Assembly: GCA_963666115.2 (NCBI GenBank)
Contig: CAXXET010000006.1
Span: forward strand, 1 to 64,000
DNA from: Dehalococcoidia bacterium
GTDB lineage: Bacteria > Chloroflexota > Dehalococcoidia > UBA6926
Direction of reading: 5' to 3'
DNA length: 64,000 nt
The notes under the pieces were generated by a model. The model was not told the DNA's origin and did not search any database. It saw only the letters and a list, made by a program, of their open reading frames with translations. A program made the position numbers and the translations under genes. Of this stretch, positions 58,119 to 64,000 are shown in pieces. Position 1 is the first letter of the stretch. Each line of letters starts with the position of its first letter.

Positions 58119-59657
58119 TCATTCAATCGCCTCTTTCCCGTCTGCGCCAATCAATTTATAGTCGCGCATGCCGCATGTGGTTCCGTTTTCACGGCTAGTG
58201 ACCAAAACGCGCTTGTTCTCCAGGTTGGAGTCCGTGATCCATAGAACATCGCCCTCGTAGCCAAAAGTCAGACCAAAAGCCAGACCGGGGTTTGAATTCG
58301 GAGTAAACGCGATCAAGGAACCGCCCGGCGACCATGACCTTCGCCGAGGCCACTCATACAGGACCTCGACCTCTGTCATCTCCACCATCAGGCGGGGCTC
58401 TCTGCCGTCATTGTAGATGGCAAATAGTCCGTGTGTGATGATTTCCTGGTCGAATTCGGTCAAACCGTCATGGCGACTACCAAACACGCGAATCTCGTCG
58501 CCTCCGGGAGCCCACCACATGGATAACACGCGTGTGAATTGTACAGGTCGAGGGCCATCGAACACCTGCTGGTCGGAGCCGTCGGGACGCCAGGTATAAA
58601 TTGGGCTGACCCAACGCTCATGTGTTCCATGCTCTTGCGTTGCATACTCTTGCAGCTCCGCTTCGAACCCGGCAATCCGGTTTTCTACCGGTGACCACGC
58701 GAATGCACGGAGGGCGTAGTAGTAATAGTCGTAGGTTTCGGCACTGATGTAGCTGACCTTTCCGGAGGAGACATCCACAGTGAGCAGACTATCGGGGACA
58801 TCTCGGTCTTGTTTCAGGTTGTCACTGTAGAAATCATTCAGGTCGTTCCCCCAAACCTCTCCTATGAAGGCAATTGTCTTGCTGTCGAAAGACCACTGCA
58901 ATTCTTGTTCACTAGGCACAAAAATGTGGAGAGGGACAATCCTGCGTGGTTGCTCGGGTGTTTCTACACTGACGACGTAAATGCCAGGGCTAGTACTAAG
59001 GGGAGTGCCGGACGGTGCCTCAAAATCCCGCCCGGAAATAAACGCGACCGTTGAGCCGTCTGGGGACAGTGCAGGGTTGTACTCGTCCCAAGTATCGTGG
59101 GTAAGCCGTCTGTACGTTGATCCGTCTATAGTCGCCAGGATAATTTCCGACTGCCGTTCAGGATCATAATGATGGCGGGGAAACACATGTCCCGGCTGAG
59201 GGGTCGGCCATGTTCCCGTGTCAGGATCGTAGATATGGGGCTCGCCGATTTGCCGATTATGCCGCAGAGTCACAAAAGCTAGTTCATCGCCTGTCGCCTG
59301 GGCGCTTGGCGAATTATCAAAGTTCCACCAATCGCTGCCCCGGGCCTCGGTCTGTATGTCAACAAACAGTTTGCGCAGTCCCGTTCCGTCAACCTTCACG
59401 GAATAGAGGCCATTGTTGAATCCAAAGACAAGTGTTTCGCCGCTCCGCGCCCAAACCGGCCGGCGATGGGGCTCCATGTTGGACTCAGCTTCCTGCTTCG
59501 GGCTGTCGAGAGGTGAATAGGCAAGAACACTAGCGACACTGGCGAAAGAAGGACTGCAACCAGTCAAAAGCGCTGGCAAACAGCTGGAGGCGATAGAGGC
59601 CAGTGCTGTCATGGCTAGCACGACAGCCGTTATGCCCACATGACGAAGTGTTCTCAT
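58119..59657 (-). CDS. TolB/PD40-like beta-propeller secreted protein or lipoprotein
   Basis: Signal peptide with Cys; PVWARSG, RRLTHD..PALSPDGSTVAF, WSFDSK, WSPGGS. Confidence 0.75.
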   Translation of the reverse strand: MRTLRHVGITAVVLAMTALASIASSCLPALLTGCSPSFASVASVLAYSPLDSPKQEAESNMEPHRRPVWARSGETLVFGFNNGLYSVKVDGTGLRKLFVDIQTEARGSDWWNFDNSPSAQATGDELAFVTLRHNRQIGEPHIYDPDTGTWPTPQPGHVFPRHHYDPERQSEIILATIDGSTYRRLTHDTWDEYNPALSPDGSTVAFISGRDFEAPSGTPLSTSPGIYVVSVETPEQPRRIVPLHIFVPSEQELQWSFDSKTIAFIGEVWGNDLNDFYSDNLKQDRDVPDSLLTVDVSSGKVSYISAETYDYYYYALRAFAWSPVENRIAGFEAELQEYATQEHGTHERWVSPIYTWRPDGSDQQVFDGPRPVQFTRVLSMWWAPGGDEIRVFGSRHDGLTEFDQEIITHGLFAIYNDGREPRLMVEMTEVEVLYEWPRRRSWSPGGSLIAFTPNSNPGLAFGLTFGYEGDVLWITDSNLENKRVLVTSRENGTTCGMRDYKLIGADGKEAIE

Positions 59658-59876
59658 CGGAATCACTCGTCGTCCGACACGTTCTGATACAGGGCGTACA
59701 TGGCCATCACGTCCAACCGGCGCATGGTCGTGCTTCCTCGCATGCCATCATCTCTCCTCCCCCCCTCCAACGTGGCGCGCCACCGATGCCAGTATACGCG
59801 CCGCCCCGCCAGCCTCTCGTGTTCGCGCGAAAGGCGCGTCCATTGGCGAGATGATGTTGGTGGGCGCCGAAACCGC

Positions 59877-60215
59877 TTAGCCTGCGGACTCCTCCACCTC
59901 TCTGTCCTCAGAGAAGTTGGTGATCGCAATCTCGCCCTCGGGGAACTCGGCGACGATCTTCAGCTTTCCGCCAGCGGCCTCAATGTAGGAGCGCAAACTC
60001 GAGATGTACACGTCGGCTCGCTGCTCCAGCTTGGAGATGGCGGGTTGATTCACCTTGAGCATCTTCGCCATGTCACGCTGCGTGAGGGCGCGTGCCCGCC
60101 GTAGCTCGTGTAACGGCATCTCGGTGTCTAGCTCGTGCTTGATGCCGTCGATACGATGGCGACGCTCAGGCGTAAAGTCCTTTGTCAGTTCACTGAACGG
60201 ATGCCGTCCACTCAT
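59877..60215 (-). CDS. XRE HTH antitoxin (HigA-like)
   Basis: LHELRRARALTQ..QPAISKLE..SSLRSYIEAAGG. Confidence 0.88.
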   Translation of the reverse strand: MSGRHPFSELTKDFTPERRHRIDGIKHELDTEMPLHELRRARALTQRDMAKMLKVNQPAISKLEQRADVYISSLRSYIEAAGGKLKIVAEFPEGEIAITNFSEDREVEESAG

Positions 60216-60574
60216 TCGATCAAACCCTCCCTTCTCAGTTCGTTCAGATGCTCATCATAGAGAGCATCAGCCACCGGTACGAACTCCTCGTAGAATCGGT
60301 CATTCCCTGTCTTGTCTCCCCCGATCAGCAGTATCGACGTTCTCCTGGGGTCGAATGCGTAGAAGACCCGGATGGGCCTCCCTCCGCTCTGCATCCGAAG
60401 CTCTCGCATGACTCCATGGCGTGACCCCCTAATGTCCGAGGAGTAGGGGTATGGAAGGCTGGGGCCATGCTGCATAAGCAACTCGACTCTGGCAGTCACG
60501 GCGTCTTGCTGACCCTCCGTCAACTCCTGCCACCACTGCCCAAACTCGTCTGTATACTCGACCTCCCACGTCAT
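60212..60574 (-). CDS. RelE/HigB (Gp49-like) toxin
   Basis: WEVEYTDEF, GPSLPYP, MRELR, RVFYAFDPRR..LLIGGDK; TATACT 6 nt before ATG 60574. Confidence 0.88.
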   Translation of the reverse strand: MTWEVEYTDEFGQWWQELTEGQQDAVTARVELLMQHGPSLPYPYSSDIRGSRHGVMRELRMQSGGRPIRVFYAFDPRRTSILLIGGDKTGNDRFYEEFVPVADALYDEHLNELRREGLIE

Positions 60575-60642
60575 GGGCACAGTATATTCCCCCTGAGGAA
60601 TCTAGCGCAACGTCGTGGACTTGCTCGGCGAAATGCGTGCCA

Positions 60643-60666
60643 GATTCCTGCTGTCGCAGGAATGAC
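60643..60666. repeat. REP-like palindrome (reverse orientation)
   Basis: GATTCCTGCTGTCGCAGGAATGAC, a variant of the GTCATTCCC..GGGAATC family. Confidence 0.65.
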
Positions 60667-60695
60667 GTCCCCGCAAGGCGTACAATAGCCATGCT

Positions 60696-61766
60696 ATGAA
60701 TACTCCTGACCCTCCCATCGTCGCCATCACTCTTGGCGATCCCGCCGGTATCGGCCCGGAGGTCGTCGTCAAGGCGCTTGCCGCCGCCGATGACCTCCGC
60801 CTCGGCCTTTGCAGGCCCCTGATCGTCGGCAGCTACGACGTGGCGGAGATGTCCGCCGAGCGGTTCGCCGGCGGCCTCCCTCTTGCCCGTATCGATTCCC
60901 GCGAGCAGCTTGCCGACCACAAATGGGACGGCGAAACCGTGCCCGTCTGGGACATCGACACCCCCGGCGCAGGCGAAATCCCCTACGGCGAGCCGACCGT
61001 TGCGGGTGGCGTCGTGTCCATCACGTCCATCGAACTCGCCGCCACGCTCGCCCTCGAAAACCGCATCCAGGCTATATCCACCGCCCCCATCAACAAGGAG
61101 GCCGTGCACATGGCGGGCTACACGGACATCGGCCACCAGGAGGTGCTGGCGCGCATGACGGGCGTCACGGAAATCGCCACCATGCTCATCGCCCAGAAAC
61201 TCCGCGCCGTCCACCTCACCACCCACGTCCCCTTCCACGACGCCCATAAGCACGTCACGAAGGAGCGCGTCCTCGCCCGCCTCCGACTGACGAACCGCGA
61301 CTTTCGCGCGTGGGGCGTCGCCGAGCCGCGCATCGCCGTCTCAGCCCTGAATCCCCACGGCGGCGATAACGGCCTGCTCGGGCGCGAGGAGATCGACGAA
61401 ATCGAGCCGGCCGTCAGGCAGGCGCGCGAGGAGGGCATTCTGGCCGAAGGCCCGTTGCCCGCCGACTCCGTATTCCTTTCCGCCGCTGCCGGGCGCTACG
61501 ACGCCGTCATCGCCCTCTACCACGACCAGGGGCACATCGCCGTCAAGATGCACGATTTCCACGGCAGCGTCAGCGTCAACCTCGGCCTGCCGTTCGTGCG
61601 CACGTCCGTCGATCACGGCACGGCGTATGATATAGCAGGTACCGGCGCGGCGGAGGCCGTCAGCATGACCGCCGCAATCCGCACGGCGGCCCTGCTCGCC
61701 ACGGGCCGCGGCCTGGATACTGCTAACATCGAGCAGGAGGCGGCGAAGGCGCCCGCGCGCGTCTAG
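60696..61766 (+). CDS. pdxA: 4-hydroxythreonine-4-phosphate dehydrogenase family (PdxA/PdxA2)
   Basis: GDPAGIGPE, TAPINK, LNPHGG, YHDQGH, RTSVDHGTA. Confidence 0.92.
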   Translation: MNTPDPPIVAITLGDPAGIGPEVVVKALAAADDLRLGLCRPLIVGSYDVAEMSAERFAGGLPLARIDSREQLADHKWDGETVPVWDIDTPGAGEIPYGEPTVAGGVVSITSIELAATLALENRIQAISTAPINKEAVHMAGYTDIGHQEVLARMTGVTEIATMLIAQKLRAVHLTTHVPFHDAHKHVTKERVLARLRLTNRDFRAWGVAEPRIAVSALNPHGGDNGLLGREEIDEIEPAVRQAREEGILAEGPLPADSVFLSAAAGRYDAVIALYHDQGHIAVKMHDFHGSVSVNLGLPFVRTSVDHGTAYDIAGTGAAEAVSMTAAIRTAALLATGRGLDTANIEQEAAKAPARV

Positions 61767-61785
61767 TAGAGAGGAGGACAAGACT

Positions 61786-61953
61786 ATGTGGGCCATTCCG
61801 ACGGTGGCAGCCCTGCTGATCCTGGGGCCGATGGTTCTGCTGGGATTCGTCGTGGTTCTCGTCGTGCCGACGCTCTACATCGCCATGCACAGCAAGATTC
61901 GCGAACCGGAAGGGATGCCCGGCTCCGAATCCGCTGACAACGGTCAGGCATAG
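61786..61953 (+). CDS. Small membrane protein (55 aa; below the ORF-track cutoff)
   Basis: Strong RBS GAGGAGG; MWAIPTVAALLILGPMVLLGFVVVLVVPTLYIAM...; fills the gap between two + strand genes. Confidence 0.6.
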   Translation: MWAIPTVAALLILGPMVLLGFVVVLVVPTLYIAMHSKIREPEGMPGSESADNGQA

Positions 61954-61965
61954 GGCAGTGCGGCG

Positions 61966-63003
61966 ATGAAAGCCGTCTACATCGAGGAGCGCGGCGGCCC
62001 TGAGAACCTGATCTACGGCGATATGCCGGACCCGGAGATGGCCGACGACCAGGTGCTCATCCGCGTCCGCGCCGCTTCCATAAACCGCTTTGATTTGAAC
62101 GCCCGCGCCGGCGAGAACGGCGTCATGGTCGGCCTGCCGCGCATCCTCGGCCTTGATCTGGCCGGTGAAGTCGAGAACGTGGGCATGGTGGCCATCGAGG
62201 CCGGAATCGTGCCGGGTATGCGCGTCGTCGCGGACCCCCGCCTTCCCTGCCAGTTGTGCCACTACTGTCGGCTTGGCAGCGATGAAGACTGCATGGACCG
62301 CTATGACCTCGGTTCCCGACTGCACGGCACGTACGCCGAGATGATCGCCGTCCCCGCCCGCGCCGTCCACGTCATCCCTGACGAACTCTCATTTGAAGAA
62401 GCCGCCGCCATGCCCATCGTGTTCAAGACCGCGTGGCGCATGTTGACCGCCAAAGCCCGCGTCCAACCCGGCGAAACCGTCCTGATCCACGCCATCGGCA
62501 GCGGCGTCGGCACCGCTGCCCTGCAGATCGCCAAGTTGCTCGGCTGCCGCGTTATCGCCACAGCCGGCTCCGACTGGAAGCTGGACCGCGCGCGTGAGAT
62601 GGGCGCAGATGAAACCGTCAGCTACGAGGATGGCGAAACGTGGCCGGAGATCGTCATGGCCCTCACGGAAAACGAGGGCGTGGACGCGGTCATCGACAAT
62701 GTCGGCGCGCCGCTCTGGGACGGCAGTTTTCGCGTCATGGCGCGGCAGGGGCGATTCGTCACGTGCGGTGTCACCGCCGGCCACCGCGTCTCGCTCCACC
62801 TTGGCCAGGTCTTCGTCCGCGGGCTGGAGGTCATGGGCATCGGAGGATTCCGAACCTCAGACTTCGAGCGAATCATGCAGCTCGCCCATCAGGGCAAGCT
62901 CAAGGGCACCGTCGGGCGCGTGTTCCCGCTGTCCGAGACGGCGGACGCGCACCGCCTGATGGAATCCCGCGATTTCTTCGGCAAGATCATACTCACGACC
63001 TAG
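61966..63003 (+). CDS. MDR-family (zinc-binding dehydrogenase/quinone oxidoreductase-like)
   Basis: GLDLAGEV, CQLCHYC..C structural Zn site, GSGVG, GKIIL. Confidence 0.88.
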   Translation: MKAVYIEERGGPENLIYGDMPDPEMADDQVLIRVRAASINRFDLNARAGENGVMVGLPRILGLDLAGEVENVGMVAIEAGIVPGMRVVADPRLPCQLCHYCRLGSDEDCMDRYDLGSRLHGTYAEMIAVPARAVHVIPDELSFEEAAAMPIVFKTAWRMLTAKARVQPGETVLIHAIGSGVGTAALQIAKLLGCRVIATAGSDWKLDRAREMGADETVSYEDGETWPEIVMALTENEGVDAVIDNVGAPLWDGSFRVMARQGRFVTCGVTAGHRVSLHLGQVFVRGLEVMGIGGFRTSDFERIMQLAHQGKLKGTVGRVFPLSETADAHRLMESRDFFGKIILTT

Positions 63004-63024
63004 CGACGGCACAGGACGGCAAGA

Positions 63025-63753
63025 GTGGCGCTGCCGGAGATCGCCAAACAGTCAATTGCGGAGGCTTTCGGCGCGTTCGTCCTCCTGGTGATCGGCGCAG
63101 GCTCGATCCTGACCGCAACGGCAACGGCGCCCGAATCCAACAGCCTCCTCGCCGTCGCGTTTGCGCACGGTTTCGCGATATTCATCGGCGTATCCGCCGT
63201 CGGCCACGTCTCCGGGGCGCACTTCAACCCCGCAGTCACGTTCGGATTCCTGATCACCGGCAAGATTGCGCCGCTGGCGGCGGTGGCCTATTGGGGATCG
63301 CAGCTCCTCGGCGCGGTCATCGGCGTGCTGCTGCTGAGCGTCGTCTTCTCCGCTGCGGGAGACATGAGCGACATGAAGAGCGCGGCAGAGGCGGCGAACC
63401 TGGGCGCGACGGCTTTGCACGGCGACGTATCGCCGCTAATGGGCATTCTCATTGAGGCCGTGCTCACGTTCATCCTGATGTTCGTCATCTTCCAGGTGGC
63501 TATCGACGAAAAGGGCCCATCGACCATCGCGCCAATCGCCATAGGCATGACCATCACCGTCGCCGCGATAATGGGCGGCTCGCTGACGGGCGCATCCCTC
63601 AACCCCGCCCGCACCTTTGGCCCAGCTCTCATCGCCGGCTACTGGACAGACCACTACGTCTACTGGGTAGGCCCCCTAATAGGCGCAGCCCTCGGCGCCC
63701 TAACCGCCGCCCACCTCATGCATGGCAAGCGCGCCAAAATCCCCTCTCCCTGA
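63025..63753 (+). CDS. MIP-family aquaporin
   Basis: SGAHFNPAVT and SLNPART; YWVGP. Confidence 0.93.
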   Translation: MALPEIAKQSIAEAFGAFVLLVIGAGSILTATATAPESNSLLAVAFAHGFAIFIGVSAVGHVSGAHFNPAVTFGFLITGKIAPLAAVAYWGSQLLGAVIGVLLLSVVFSAAGDMSDMKSAAEAANLGATALHGDVSPLMGILIEAVLTFILMFVIFQVAIDEKGPSTIAPIAIGMTITVAAIMGGSLTGASLNPARTFGPALIAGYWTDHYVYWVGPLIGAALGALTAAHLMHGKRAKIPSP

Positions 63754-63774
63754 GGGAGAGGATTAGGGTGAGGG
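63738..63774. repeat. CCCTCTCCC..GGGAGAGG repeat overlapping the aquaporin stop
   Basis: AATCCCCTCTCCCTGAGGGAGAGGATTAGGGTGAGGG, near-identical to 57936-57972. Confidence 0.75.
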
Positions 63775-63777
63775 CGA

Positions 63778-63999
63778 TTACCGCTCGTTGATCGGCACGT
63801 AGTCCCGCTCCGGCGCGCCAACGTAAAGCTGCCGCGGCCGGACGATGCGCTGCTCCCGGTCCGTCACGCCCTCATTCCACTGCGCCATCCAGCCGGACGT
63901 GCGCGGCACCGCGAACAGCACCGGGAACATCTCCACCGGGAATCCCATCGCCTGGTAGATCAGCCCGGAATAGAAGTCCACGTTCGGATAGAGCTGGCG
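63778..63999 (-). CDS. gltA: Citrate synthase, 3' end (continues beyond the window)
   Basis: [30 protein letters not shown]. Confidence 0.9.
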   Translation of the reverse strand, partial: RQLYPNVDFYSGLIYQAMGFPVEMFPVLFAVPRTSGWMAQWNEGVTDREQRIVRPRQLYVGAPERDYVPINER

Positions 64000-64000
64000 G

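Noticed and set aside
59663-59929. 88-aa ORF between higA and the TolB-like gene
   Set aside because: No recognisable motifs and overlaps higA; cannot be supported.
1-64000. Numerous long antisense or alternate-frame ORFs; tRNA/rRNA genes
   Set aside because: Shadow ORFs are expected at high GC and overlap well-supported genes; no structural RNA gene was recognised.

Overview
High-GC bacterial chromosomal window. The gene content (paired family III CoA-transferases, several crotonases, PaREP1, clan AA aspartyl protease, LRR/FN3 surface protein) suggests Chloroflexota, possibly Dehalococcoidia/SAR202-like and host-associated; this is inference only. The backbone carries hrcA-grpE-dnaK with a CIRCE, amtB-glnK, ahcY, metK, prfA-prmC, pdxA and the 3' end of gltA. 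The main discovery is at ~4.0-20.8 kb. Behind the one intact dnaK, the block '3' piece of dnaK + cysteine-dioxygenase-like gene' recurs three more times as diverged alleles. Each is followed by different cargo: a type ISP-like RM enzyme plus HEPN protein; a type IIG RM enzyme; FitA/VapC plus an S26 lipoprotein; FitA/VapC plus an HNH gene. The dnaK pieces start at different non-homologous junctions and no integrase is present in the window, so it looks like a recombination-built stack of alternative alleles of one defence slot. A tandem PaREP1 pair shows the same junction logic in miniature. A 739-bp transposase-less element with IS6-like ends and an 8-bp target duplication carries an HNH gene into one dnaK fragment. 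Also present: a Menshen-like triplet, a CBS-HEPN protein, HicAB and HigBA-like TA pairs, four REP-like repeat families, a GlnR-like box before amtB, and many apparently leaderless promoters. All family calls are from motif recognition by eye; no searches were run.
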